A stretch of DNA of 53,864 nucleotides, taken from the IMG/VR virus record IMGVR_UViG_3300042864_001264; one strand, given 5' to 3'. The stretch comes from an uncultured virus (IMG/VR IMGVR_UViG_3300042864_001264). Taxonomy: Duplodnaviria > Heunggongvirae > Uroviricota > Caudoviricetes. The notes below the pieces were generated by a model, which worked only from the letters and a program-made list of their open reading frames with translations, had not been told where the DNA came from and searched no databases. Numbering within the stretch: position 1 is the stretch's first letter; every line of letters starts with the position of its first letter. The position numbers and the translations under genes are program-made. Shown piece by piece: positions 19,519 through 29,038 of this stretch.

Positions 19519-19592
19519 GTTGGCTTCAGGCTTTAATTATCTTTGGTCCTATTCTTGTATTGGTTGTGGCTTTTTGGGAGGACATTAGATAA
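19515..19592 (+). CDS. Small membrane peptide (25 aa)
   Basis: MSWLQALIIFGPILVLVVAFWEDIR; coupled on both sides. Confidence 0.45.
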   Translation: MSWLQALIIFGPILVLVVAFWEDIR

Positions 19593-20383
19593 TGGGTAGA
19601 GAAATAGTTAGAAATTTAAAGTTTAAAAAGCATACTGGAAAATTTTTTGATCCAGAGCTTTTTGCACAGCTTTTGGATGAGTCGTATAGAAATACAAAAC
19701 GTGCAGATGGCGATATGACTAAGAAGTCATTTAGCCCTAGTTCGCTAGGATATGGCCACGGAACATGTCCTAGATATTGGTACATGGCATTTTCTGGTGC
19801 AATGTTTATCGATAACAATGATGCTATCGCAGTAGCTAATATGGCACAAGGAACTCAGGCTCATGAAAGATTACAGAATCTTATTAAGACTATGCCTCAG
19901 TGGAGAGCAGAAGAAGAAGAGATTGTTAATGAGTACCCACCTATTAGAGGCTTCATAGATTTAATTATGGAGTACGATGGAGAGACAGTAATTGGTGAAA
20001 TCAAAACGGCAAAGCAAGAGGTCTGGGATACTAGACAGTCAGAGATGAAATCATCAGCAAACCATATGCTTCAGCTTCTTACATATATGAAGCTTAAGAA
20101 TGCAAAAGAGGGCTTCTTTCTGTATGAAAATAAAAACACTCAAGAGGTACTAGTCATTCCGATTTCAATGAATGAAAAGAATACAAAGATTATTGAGGAC
20201 GCATTCCTATGGATGCAGGAGGTCTGGGATAATTTCCAAAATGGCGATCTTCCAATGAGGCCTGCAGGTGCAACTAAATCTAAAATGCCCTGTACATATT
20301 GCCCAATTAAAAAAGAATGCTATTCAAAAGAAACTCCAGTCGGAACAGTTCAAATTGAGAAGTATCAGGTGCCAGTTATATGA
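19592..20383 (+). CDS. Cas4-like / PD-(D/E)xK exonuclease
   Basis: CPR...GTQAH...GFID...EIKT...QLLTY...C-TYC-x5-C. Confidence 0.85.
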   Translation: MGREIVRNLKFKKHTGKFFDPELFAQLLDESYRNTKRADGDMTKKSFSPSSLGYGHGTCPRYWYMAFSGAMFIDNNDAIAVANMAQGTQAHERLQNLIKTMPQWRAEEEEIVNEYPPIRGFIDLIMEYDGETVIGEIKTAKQEVWDTRQSEMKSSANHMLQLLTYMKLKNAKEGFFLYENKNTQEVLVIPISMNEKNTKIIEDAFLWMQEVWDNFQNGDLPMRPAGATKSKMPCTYCPIKKECYSKETPVGTVQIEKYQVPVI

Positions 20384-20658
20384 TATGCTTAAATACTGAT
20401 TGCTCAAAATCATTTGATCCAAAGACACATAATCAAAAGTATTGTTCAGATGAATGTTGTAGAGTAGCTACTAATAAAAAAATAATGGAAAAGTATTATG
20501 AAAAAAAAGCAATCAAGAATGGTGCAAAAAGAAATTGCAAAAAATGTAATGTAGTTTTAAGTAGATATAACTCTTTGAACATATGCTCTAGGTGTGAAAA
20601 AAATAAATCAGTAGAAAATAAAAAAAAGATTATTGGAATGATCAATGACATTAGCTAG
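20380..20658 (+). CDS. Cys-rich zinc-finger protein
   Basis: Multiple CxxC / CSDEC motifs. Confidence 0.65.
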   Translation: MICLNTDCSKSFDPKTHNQKYCSDECCRVATNKKIMEKYYEKKAIKNGAKRNCKKCNVVLSRYNSLNICSRCEKNKSVENKKKIIGMINDIS

Positions 20659-21211
20659 CCTAGTTAAAACAAAAGCAAACAGGGTGTTGGGGATAGATGC
20701 ATCTACAACTTCTATAGCATTTTGCCTTATGGAAAATGATACCCCTATCAAATGGGGTAAGATCAACCTTGTAGGTAATGATATATATGAGAAAATTCAT
20801 GATGCTAAAAACAAGATGCATATGATGCTAGGTGAATTAAAGAGCGATTATATTGCGGTAGAAGGTGCTATACTTGTTAGATCACCCGATGCTGTGATAA
20901 AATTATCTTATGTCTATGGTGTTGTTATTGCTGAGTTAATGTCTACGGGGGCCTCAGTTATTACTATATCTCCCAGCTCCTGGCAGTCGTATATTGGGAA
21001 TAAGAACCCTACAAAAGATGAAAAGCAGGCAATAAGAGTAAAAAATCCTGGTTATGCAGAATCATGGTATAAAAATCAACTGCGTAATATGAGGAAACAA
21101 AGAACGGCAGATTATTTTAATAAGAAATATAAATTAGATGTAGTAGATTTTGACGTTGCAGATTCATTTGGAATTGCACACTATGCAAACAAAGTGCTTA
21201 CAGAAAGGTAA
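20645..21211 (+). CDS. ruvC: RuvC-like resolvase
   Basis: VLGIDAS, IAVEG, DVADSFGIA. Confidence 0.8.
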   Translation: MTLASLVKTKANRVLGIDASTTSIAFCLMENDTPIKWGKINLVGNDIYEKIHDAKNKMHMMLGELKSDYIAVEGAILVRSPDAVIKLSYVYGVVIAELMSTGASVITISPSSWQSYIGNKNPTKDEKQAIRVKNPGYAESWYKNQLRNMRKQRTADYFNKKYKLDVVDFDVADSFGIAHYANKVLTER

Positions 21212-21213
21212 AC

Positions 21214-21972
21214 ATGATTATTCAAATTATAGGACTCCCAGGCTCAGGTAAAACAGAGTTAGCTAAGGCACTTAAGGAGCGCATTAATGCTATTCACCTT
21301 AACGCAGATGAAGTTCGTGCAACAGTAAACTCAGACCTAGGATTTTCTCCAGACGACAGGCTTGAGCAGTCAAGACGAATGGGTGAAATGGCAAGGCTAA
21401 TTGCCAAGCAAGGGGTTGCTCCAGTAATCGTTGACTTTGTCTGTCCAACAGAACTTACACGTGCAGCATTTGGTACACCAGATATTTTAGTTTGGGTTGA
21501 TAGAATTAAGCAGGGAAGATTTGAAGACACCAACAAGATGTGGGAAGACCCAGAAAAATTTGATGCAAGAATACCTGCAGACTATACAGTTGAACAAGAA
21601 GCAGATTATATAATTAATAAGTTTAATCTTCACGACTGGTCTGCTCCAACAACATTAATGCTTGGTCGCTACCAACCATGGCATGAAGGCCACCATGCAC
21701 TCTATAAAGAAGCTGGCAAAAGAACAGATCAAGTACTTCTTGGAGTACGCAATACATACAACACAAGTGAAAAGGATCCATTAAAATTTGATCAGGTAAA
21801 AGAATATATTGCCAAGGATGAATTTATGGACGGTGCATTAGTATTAAGACTACCAAACATTACTAACATAGTTTATGGTCGTGATGTAGGATACAAGATT
21901 GAACAAGTAGATTTGGGGGCAGACATTCATGCTATTTCAGCTACTCAGAAACGTAAAGAAATGGGTATCTGA
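21214..21972 (+). CDS. cysC: APS kinase (CysC-like) fused to an HxGH nucleotidyltransferase domain
   Basis: GLPGSGKT, LNADEVR, DLGFS..DR; C-terminal GRYQPWHEGH...ISAT. Confidence 0.75.
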   Translation: MIIQIIGLPGSGKTELAKALKERINAIHLNADEVRATVNSDLGFSPDDRLEQSRRMGEMARLIAKQGVAPVIVDFVCPTELTRAAFGTPDILVWVDRIKQGRFEDTNKMWEDPEKFDARIPADYTVEQEADYIINKFNLHDWSAPTTLMLGRYQPWHEGHHALYKEAGKRTDQVLLGVRNTYNTSEKDPLKFDQVKEYIAKDEFMDGALVLRLPNITNIVYGRDVGYKIEQVDLGADIHAISATQKRKEMGI

Positions 21973-22034
21973 TTTCTTTTTGACTAATGATTGGGCAGAT
22001 AAAGAAGCTCAACTATATTTTGAACAGGATAAAG

Positions 22035-22238
22035 ATGACAGTAACAAAGGCTAGATCATTTACTAAAGCACTGAGCTATAGAATCTGGGGTACACTTTCT
22101 TCATTTGTTGTTGCCTATGTGATAACAGGGGATGCCACACTTTCAGGAGCCATAGCCTTTTGGGAAACAGTAGTTAAGGTATTTATTTATTATGCTCACG
22201 AAAGAGGCTGGAATAAAATTCAGTGGGGTAGAAAATGA
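22035..22238 (+). CDS. DUF2061-like small membrane protein
   Basis: RSFTKALSYR...YYAHERGWNKIQWG. Confidence 0.75.
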   Translation: MTVTKARSFTKALSYRIWGTLSSFVVAYVITGDATLSGAIAFWETVVKVFIYYAHERGWNKIQWGRK

Positions 22239-22378
22239 AATTCTATCAAAGCAAAGAGTGGCTATACAGAAGGTATGTTGTACAAAAGAAAACTGTAACT
22301 GAGATAGGCAAAGAGTGTGAGGTCTCAGCTATGACTATTCAAAGATACTTAGAAAAGTTTGGACTAATAAAGAAATGA
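22235..22378 (+). CDS. Small HTH DNA-binding protein (47 aa, not in ORF track)
   Basis: MKFYQSKEWLYRRYVVQKKTVTEIGKECEVSAMTIQRYLEKFGL. Confidence 0.7.
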   Translation: MKFYQSKEWLYRRYVVQKKTVTEIGKECEVSAMTIQRYLEKFGLIKK

Positions 22379-22980
22379 TAAAAAATATATTTATTATTGG
22401 AGAAAGCCAGATTGCATACGCATCTGGAGGGGTTGTTCATGCTGGCCCATTAAAGGCTTTAGAGTATGGCTCACACAGTAGATCAAAGTCTGGATATGAT
22501 TTAAAGTTCTTGTGGCAACACAGCCGAACAACATATAAGATTGACTTTGCCTATCTAGAAGATTTATTTAAAAATAATATATCTGAGCTAGGCGAGCACT
22601 CAGTAATTGTTTCAGAGTTTGGAGGTATGGATGCAGCTTTAAATCAGTACCAAAAGCATAACAATATGGAAGAAGTTATTACTAGGTACACTAGTGAAAT
22701 TATTAAATTTTCTAAAAAATATAACACTAAGTTAATATTCATGTCACCTTGGTGGCTAGTTGAAGATGACAATCACTATAAAACCTGGGACGATATGACT
22801 CTTCTTTTTAGAAAAATATCAAAAGAAAATAACCTACCTGATCCAATAGAAGTTATGCATAACGTAGTTGGAAGAATGTACCCTGTATTAGACGAGTGGA
22901 AGCATCATGTTCCAGAAGACTCTGAGCGCATAGTTGACTATGTAATATTAAAGGTAAGTGAGTACTACGGAAATGATTAA
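22375..22980 (+). CDS. SGNH/GDSL-like protein, tandem copy 1
   Basis: IFIIGES, EFGGMD, DEWKHH; clear paralog of the next gene. Confidence 0.55.
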   Translation: MIKNIFIIGESQIAYASGGVVHAGPLKALEYGSHSRSKSGYDLKFLWQHSRTTYKIDFAYLEDLFKNNISELGEHSVIVSEFGGMDAALNQYQKHNNMEEVITRYTSEIIKFSKKYNTKLIFMSPWWLVEDDNHYKTWDDMTLLFRKISKENNLPDPIEVMHNVVGRMYPVLDEWKHHVPEDSERIVDYVILKVSEYYGND

Positions 22981-23575
22981 AAACATATTTATTATAGGTG
23001 ACAGTGCAGTGGCGTATGCTTCTGGAGGAATTGAAGTTCCATCTCCTGTTACTCATCTTAAATATGGATCCCACACTAGAGTAAAGAATGGTTACAATTT
23101 AATTTTCTTGTGGCAAGAAAGCAGAGGCGCTTATAAGGTTGACTTTGATTACCTAGAAAATTTATTTAAAGATAATATTTCTGATTTAGGCGAAAGCTCT
23201 GTAATTGTTGGTGAGTTTGGTGGTATGGATGCTGCCATGCAGTACTATAATAAGTATAATAATATGGAATCGGTTATTCGTAATTATACTAGCGAAACAA
23301 TTAGATTCGGGAAAAAATATAATACTAAAGTAATCTTTATGTCACCATGGTGGCAGTATGAGGATGATGAAGATTATCAGATGTGGGAAGATATGTCTCC
23401 TATTTTTAGAAAAATATCAGAAGAAAATGGCTTGCCAAAACCGATAGAGCCAATGTATAATGTTATTAATAGAATGTTTGAAACTGTAGATGAATGGAAA
23501 CACCATACGCCAGAAGACTCTGAGCGTTGGGTAGATTATGTAATTTTAAAGGTGGAAGAATCTTATGGCTCTTAG
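22973..23575 (+). CDS. SGNH/GDSL-like protein, tandem copy 2
   Basis: IFIIGDS, EFGGMD, DEWKHH. Confidence 0.55.
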   Translation: MIKNIFIIGDSAVAYASGGIEVPSPVTHLKYGSHTRVKNGYNLIFLWQESRGAYKVDFDYLENLFKDNISDLGESSVIVGEFGGMDAAMQYYNKYNNMESVIRNYTSETIRFGKKYNTKVIFMSPWWQYEDDEDYQMWEDMSPIFRKISEENGLPKPIEPMYNVINRMFETVDEWKHHTPEDSERWVDYVILKVEESYGS

Positions 23576-23891
23576 TTCAGTATTTCCAGATGTAAAAAAT
23601 TTTCATTGCGAGGACCTTTATTTAAGGGCCACTGGCGCACCTGCAGGTAATAGTATATGGAGAACCTGCCATGAGATTGCCCATATGTTAATTGAGAAAA
23701 ATATATCTTACGGCAATTCAGCTTTAGAGCCAGCCAGAATATTTTCAACGGCGGATTCGGTAGAGCAGTTAAAGGTGCGTATTGACGATAAGCTAAATCG
23801 AGTTAAGAATAATCAGGGTTTTGCAGGCGATAATGATATTGATGATCTAATAGGCTACCTAGTTCTATATAAAATAGCAAAGTCAGTTTGA
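23565..23891 (+). CDS. DUF1599 / nucleotide-modification-associated-domain-like protein
   Basis: EKNISYG...VRIDDKLNR...DDLIGY. Confidence 0.6.
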   Translation: MALSSVFPDVKNFHCEDLYLRATGAPAGNSIWRTCHEIAHMLIEKNISYGNSALEPARIFSTADSVEQLKVRIDDKLNRVKNNQGFAGDNDIDDLIGYLVLYKIAKSV

Positions 23892-23916
23892 GTTTTTAGT
23901 CAACTAGAAGTATAAT
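23888..23916 (+). promoter_or_regulatory. Promoter of the terminase operon
   Basis: TTGAGT-17-TATAAT; TAGTCAACTA lies in the spacer. Confidence 0.55.
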
Positions 23917-23924
23917 ATATATCT

Positions 23925-24461
23925 ATGGATATTGAATTAGCTGATCATTTTGATCGCATGAATAAGGTAGTTGAAGAGCTACTAAGAGGTAATAACCCTA
24001 CTCAAATTGCCACCCTAACTGGGTTTAAGAGGTCAGAAGTAGTAGAGCTAATAGATCAGTGGAAGAATGTTGTCCACAACGACACATCAGCCCGTGAACG
24101 TGCTAAAGAGGCCATCTCTGGTGCGGACCAGCATTACGCTATGCTAATCAAAGAAGCTTGGAAAACAGTTGAAGATGCTGATCTGGCAGGGCAGCTTAGC
24201 GTTAAGTCTGGCGCACTTAAATTAATTGCAGATATTGAAGGCAAAAGAATTGGAATGCTTCAAGAGGTTGGCTTATTAGATAATGCAGAGCTTGCTGGAC
24301 AAATGGCTGAAGCTGAAAGAAAACAAGAAGTCTTGGTTAAGATCTTAAAGGAAGTAACTGCATCTTGTCCAAAATGTAAGATTGAAGTTGCTAAACGCTT
24401 ATCACAAATCACTGGTATTGTTGAGCCTATAGAGATTATCGAGGAAGTCAGTGGAGTTTGA
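23925..24461 (+). CDS. HTH protein, probable terminase small subunit
   Basis: N-terminal HTH (NPTQIATLTGFKRSEV); directly upstream of the large terminase. Confidence 0.6.
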   Translation: MDIELADHFDRMNKVVEELLRGNNPTQIATLTGFKRSEVVELIDQWKNVVHNDTSARERAKEAISGADQHYAMLIKEAWKTVEDADLAGQLSVKSGALKLIADIEGKRIGMLQEVGLLDNAELAGQMAEAERKQEVLVKILKEVTASCPKCKIEVAKRLSQITGIVEPIEIIEEVSGV

Positions 24462-26241
24462 TTTTAATGATTTCATCGACATCCTGGACGGGGAAGAGTT
24501 TGATGAAAGGCCCGTTGACCTTAGAACATTTGTAACAGACAAAAACTATCTAGGGCTGCCAGAATTATCAGAGTATCAGTATACTCTGATTGAAAGATCT
24601 TCTCAGATATATAAAGAGTCAACACTGATAAAGCTGTTTGGTGAAAAAGAAGGCATGCTTAGATATAGGCAAACATGCAATGAGGTTGTTGCCCAACTAG
24701 GCAAAGGTAGCGGTAAAGATTATTGCTCAACTATCTCTGTTGCATATATTGTATATCTATTGCTATGCTTAAAGGATCCAGCTTCATACTATGGCAAACC
24801 TCCAGGAGATTCTATAGATATTATTAACATTGCTATTAACGCCCAGCAGGCCAACAACGTTTTCTTTAAGGGCTTTAAGAATAGAGTCACACACTCTCCT
24901 TGGTTTATAGGTAAATATTTTGAAAAAGCTTCAGAAATCAAGTTTGATAAGAACGTAACTGTATACTCTGGTCACTCAGAAAGAGAAGCATTTGAAGGAT
25001 ATAACGTTCTTGTTGCAGTGCTTGATGAAATTTCTGGATTTGCTTTAGATAGCACAAGTGGCCACGATCAAGCAAAAACTGCAAGTGGAATTTATGACAT
25101 GTATAGGGCCTCAGTAGATTCTCGTTTTCCAGATTACGGTAAAGTAATTCTTTTATCATTCCCGCGTTTTAAAAACGATTATATACAGCAAAGATACGAT
25201 GAGATTATATCTGAAAAAGAAATTATATCAAGATCACATAGATTTAAATTAGATCCAGATTTACCAGAGAACACAGTTGGTAATGAGTTCGACATCTTCT
25301 GGGATGAAGATCAAATTGTTTCATACAAATATCCTAGAGTGTATGCAATACGCAGACCCACATGGGAAGTTAATCCAACCAGAAGTATTGAAGATTTTAA
25401 GATTGCATTTTATAGAGACGTAACAGATGCTCTAGGAAGATTTGCTTGCATGCCTCCAGAAGCTATAGATGCATTTTTTAAATCTCGTGAAAAGGTTGAG
25501 ATGGCATTTAATGATCTTTCAATAGCGGTAGATAAATTTGGAAGATTTGAAGAATGGTTTTTGCCAGAAGAGGATAAAGATTATTTTATACACGTAGACT
25601 TAGCACAAAAACATGACCATTGTGCAGTCTCTATGGCGCACATTGATAGATGGGTGAGCGTAAAGGTTACAGACACATATTCGCAACCAGCTCCTATTGT
25701 AAAGGTTGATGCCGTAATGTACTGGACTCCAACATCAGATAAGTCGGTGGACTTTGGAGAAGTTAGAGATTATATACTATCATTAAGGTCAAGAGGATTT
25801 AATATTAGAATATGCACATTTGATAGATGGAATTCTCATGACATGATGCAGCAACTAAAACAGTATGGGATAAGCACAGAAACTTTATCCGTAGCAAAGA
25901 AGCATTATGACGATATGGCTATGGTGGTTTTAGAAGAAAGACTGAATGGTCCACATATACCATTGCTAGTAGATGAACTACTTGAGTTAAGAATTATGCG
26001 TGATAAAGTTGATCACCCTAGAAAAGGATCAAAAGACTTAGCAGACGCTGTTTGTGGATCTATATATAATGCAATTAGTTTAACAAGAGCAGCATTTGGA
26101 GACATAGAAGTTCATGATTACTCTTCAGTAAAAAAACAGTATAGAGAAAGTTTAGTAAAGGAAAGTCCTAATTTAATAAAGGCTCCTTCAGCAATGCCTA
26201 GGGACCTTTCTGACGCATTAAGTGGAATGGAAATATTATGA
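24451..26241 (+). CDS. terL: Terminase large subunit
   Basis: Walker A GKGSGKD, Walker B VLDE, nuclease HVDLA...D...KDLADA. Confidence 0.88.
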   Translation: MEFDFNDFIDILDGEEFDERPVDLRTFVTDKNYLGLPELSEYQYTLIERSSQIYKESTLIKLFGEKEGMLRYRQTCNEVVAQLGKGSGKDYCSTISVAYIVYLLLCLKDPASYYGKPPGDSIDIINIAINAQQANNVFFKGFKNRVTHSPWFIGKYFEKASEIKFDKNVTVYSGHSEREAFEGYNVLVAVLDEISGFALDSTSGHDQAKTASGIYDMYRASVDSRFPDYGKVILLSFPRFKNDYIQQRYDEIISEKEIISRSHRFKLDPDLPENTVGNEFDIFWDEDQIVSYKYPRVYAIRRPTWEVNPTRSIEDFKIAFYRDVTDALGRFACMPPEAIDAFFKSREKVEMAFNDLSIAVDKFGRFEEWFLPEEDKDYFIHVDLAQKHDHCAVSMAHIDRWVSVKVTDTYSQPAPIVKVDAVMYWTPTSDKSVDFGEVRDYILSLRSRGFNIRICTFDRWNSHDMMQQLKQYGISTETLSVAKKHYDDMAMVVLEERLNGPHIPLLVDELLELRIMRDKVDHPRKGSKDLADAVCGSIYNAISLTRAAFGDIEVHDYSSVKKQYRESLVKESPNLIKAPSAMPRDLSDALSGMEIL

Positions 26242-26483
26242 GTATATATCAAGAAAAAGCTAAAGAGTGCAAATGCTGCGGCAAGCATGTTCCTCTTCCT
26301 ATATTGTTAAAAGATTTTAATGGCATCACACTTTGCCCAACAACATACTACAATGTTTTGGAGTACAAAAAACTTTGGGAAAATCTAGGGCATAGGCCTC
26401 CAGGTAATTTAAGTAAACATTTTTCAGAGTATGTTCAAACAATTGTTTACACATCCATGACAAGTGATAACTCCAATGAATAA
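26238..26483 (+). CDS. Hypothetical protein
   Basis: 81-aa coupled ORF with CKCC. Confidence 0.6.
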   Translation: MSIYQEKAKECKCCGKHVPLPILLKDFNGITLCPTTYYNVLEYKKLWENLGHRPPGNLSKHFSEYVQTIVYTSMTSDNSNE

Positions 26484-26808
26484 TGAAGATTATTATAATG
26501 AAAAAATTAATTATTATATTGAAATAGGTGCAATAAGAATAGCTGGCATTGATCCTAACGGAGAATACATATTTGAACTAGATGAAGATATAACAAAAGC
26601 ACTTGCCCCAGAACTTTGGGAGTCACATATAGAGTATGTTGATGAATCTTTGCTAGAGCTTTATGAAGATGGTCTAATAGATGTAGAGTATGATGAAAAT
26701 TTAGAAGCTACAATAATATTGTCTTCTGAAGGATTTGAAATTGCAAAAGAGAGAGGCTTGCTTCCTATAAGGCCAGAAGGAATATATGATGACGAATCTG
26801 AATTTTGA
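26476..26808 (+). CDS. Hypothetical acidic protein
   Basis: Coupled ORF. Confidence 0.65.
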   Translation: MNNEDYYNEKINYYIEIGAIRIAGIDPNGEYIFELDEDITKALAPELWESHIEYVDESLLELYEDGLIDVEYDENLEATIILSSEGFEIAKERGLLPIRPEGIYDDESEF

Positions 26809-27196
26809 AGAAGAGGTTTTTGAAAATAGAAGATTTTTATTTCAAAACATAGCTAAAACTTTTCCAAGCAATCCTTGGGTAATAAAGGCAACTGAAAAAA
26901 TGAAGGGGTATTCAAAAGAAGAATATACTGTCATGCTAAAAGAAGCATATGACTTTCAAGATAAATTTGATATAGCAATTGATTTAGGAATTTCTGCAAA
27001 AACAAAAGAAGGTCATGACCTTTTTATTTTATTTATTGACCACATAAGATGGTTTTTTGAAGTAGATAGCAGTGCTTATGATGAGTTAATACAGCTGTGT
27101 AGCCCTAATGCTACCCAGTTTCTTATAGTTAATAAATCATATTCTGATTTATTATTTGATATACTTATTGAGTATAGATCAGAGTTAGGGGTATGA
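26786..27196 (+). CDS. TipAS antibiotic-recognition-domain-like protein
   Basis: EKMKGYSKEEY...IDHIRWFF...AYDEL resembles the helical TipAS domain. Confidence 0.45.
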   Translation: MMTNLNFEEEVFENRRFLFQNIAKTFPSNPWVIKATEKMKGYSKEEYTVMLKEAYDFQDKFDIAIDLGISAKTKEGHDLFILFIDHIRWFFEVDSSAYDELIQLCSPNATQFLIVNKSYSDLLFDILIEYRSELGV

Positions 27197-28143
27197 TGAA
27201 GGCAATAGTTGTTAAATCTTTTGGTGGACCAGAGGTAATGGAATATATAGACTATCGTGATCCAGTTCCAGTAAAAGATCAGATCCTTGTAGATACTAGG
27301 ATGATAGGTGTTAATTATGCAGACACTTATCAAACTGAAAATAGCTATCTAGTTCAGACACTTCCTCCAGTGGTCCCTGGTATAGAAGCTTCTTTTATGA
27401 TTGATGGTAAGTTGTATGTCGGTCATACTGCCAGTGGCGCTTATGCAGAAAAGCTTGTTGTGAATAAAGATAGAATATTTGAAGTTCCAGACGGAGTGAC
27501 AGAAGAAGAGGCTTTGTCTGTAGTCTGTCAAGGAACAACTGCTTATGGAATTGTTAAAGACATATGTAATATTAAATCTGGAGACCTAGTTCTTATTAAT
27601 GGTGCATCCAGCGCTGTGGGAATGATACTGATACAGCTATGCAAGATAGTAGGAGCAACAGTAATTGGTGTTACTGGAAGCGATAAAAAAATAGATTTTA
27701 TAAAGTCTTTAGGGGCCGACTTTGCTTGCCTAGACGACATGTCTGAAATAAAAAAAATATTAGGCAGCATAGGAGAAAAGCCTAAATTTATACTTGAGTC
27801 TTATGGCGGAAAGCATTTTATGAACTATTATTTCATGCTGGAAGCTGGAGGGCATATATGTTCATACGGCGCCTCATCTAGGGAAGGATTGCCATCTATT
27901 CAAATCAGAGATATATTAAAAGACACAAAGATAGTTTCTGGTTTTTGGGGAACAAAAATGTTTGAAAACTCAAATAAGCTTAGTATTGCAGTAAATGATT
28001 TGTTTAATTTAATTAAAGAAGGAAAGATAAAAATTATTATAGGAGAATCTATGGAGTTAAAGGATGCAAAAATAATGCATGAAAAAATAAGAAATAGAGA
28101 AACCTTTGGTAAGTTAATTTTAAAAAACAATATAGATGGGTAA
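27193..28143 (+). CDS. NADPH:quinone oxidoreductase (MDR / zeta-crystallin family)
   Basis: FGGPEV, GVNYAD, VPGIE, GASSAVG, GKLIL. Confidence 0.88.
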   Translation: MMKAIVVKSFGGPEVMEYIDYRDPVPVKDQILVDTRMIGVNYADTYQTENSYLVQTLPPVVPGIEASFMIDGKLYVGHTASGAYAEKLVVNKDRIFEVPDGVTEEEALSVVCQGTTAYGIVKDICNIKSGDLVLINGASSAVGMILIQLCKIVGATVIGVTGSDKKIDFIKSLGADFACLDDMSEIKKILGSIGEKPKFILESYGGKHFMNYYFMLEAGGHICSYGASSREGLPSIQIRDILKDTKIVSGFWGTKMFENSNKLSIAVNDLFNLIKEGKIKIIIGESMELKDAKIMHEKIRNRETFGKLILKNNIDG

Positions 28144-28149
28144 AGGTAA

Positions 28150-28992
28150 ATGAATTTAAACGAGATTGATATTTCATTACTAAAAAGATACTTTGGACGT
28201 ACAAAACCAAATTATGAAGAAGAGATAATGTTTTATGAGAAGGATTTAAACATTAAACCTGATGAACGTATAACGTATAAGTATAATAATGAAGGATTTA
28301 GATGCGATGACTTTACGAAAAAAAAGTCTGGGATGCATATCCTGTTTGGAGGATGCTCTGAAACAGAAGGGGCATCAAATAGTCTAGAGGACGTCTGGGC
28401 CAATGTGCTTTACCATAAAATTAAAGAAAATAACGATGTTGCAGGTTACTACAACGTAGGCAAAGCAGGACTTACTGTAGCTGGTGTAGTAATGAATGTA
28501 TTTCAATATGCATATGATTATGGATGTCCAGATTATATATTTTTGCAATTGCCAGATCAAACCAGATACGTGACCTGGTCAGAATCAATGGGGTGGTATC
28601 CAAAATATCAGGTAAGCGATAGTGAGATAGATAATGATATTGATACTGAGCATTTTTTTAAGAATCATGAATCTCCAGAAGTTATAAAAGTTAATATATT
28701 GTTTAATTATTTTCTATTAAGAAATTTAATACAGTTCTGTAAAATAAATAATATAAAGTTAATATGGTCAACATGGCATGCTCCAACAGCTCGGACTATT
28801 ACAGATTCTGTAGCTAACCTAGACGGATACATAAACACAAGTAATTTTGATAAAGACTACTGGGACATACGAATAAAGGACTTAAGGGCAAGAGACGGAT
28901 ATCATTTTGGCAGAGGCTTTCACAAAATATGGGCAGAAAAATTTTATGAGGAGTTTTTATATGATAAAAATAATAAAAAGAATGATCGTTAA
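28150..28992 (+). CDS. SGNH-like protein (GCS variant)
   Basis: NNEGFR, LFGGCSETEG, YNVGKAG, RARDGYHFG. Confidence 0.6.
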   Translation: MNLNEIDISLLKRYFGRTKPNYEEEIMFYEKDLNIKPDERITYKYNNEGFRCDDFTKKKSGMHILFGGCSETEGASNSLEDVWANVLYHKIKENNDVAGYYNVGKAGLTVAGVVMNVFQYAYDYGCPDYIFLQLPDQTRYVTWSESMGWYPKYQVSDSEIDNDIDTEHFFKNHESPEVIKVNILFNYFLLRNLIQFCKINNIKLIWSTWHAPTARTITDSVANLDGYINTSNFDKDYWDIRIKDLRARDGYHFGRGFHKIWAEKFYEEFLYDKNNKKNDR

Positions 28993-29038
28993 AAGAAAAA
29001 TAAAAAATATGATGAAAAAGAAAAGATACAATTACTAA
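28961..29038 (+). CDS. Basic micro-peptide (25 aa)
   Basis: GAGGAG SD; MIKIIKRMIVKRKIKNMMKKKRYNY; TAATG-coupled to the carbamoyltransferase. Confidence 0.55.
   Translation: MIKIIKRMIVKRKIKNMMKKKRYNY

Noticed and set aside
19592..20383. Cas4-like gene as a sign of a CRISPR-Cas system
   Set aside because: No other cas genes and no repeat-spacer array seen; solo Cas4-like nucleases are common in phage recombination modules.
8883..26241. Inteins or introns in DnaB, DnaE, RecA or TerL
   Set aside because: Lengths are normal, the frames are continuous and no splice motifs were seen.
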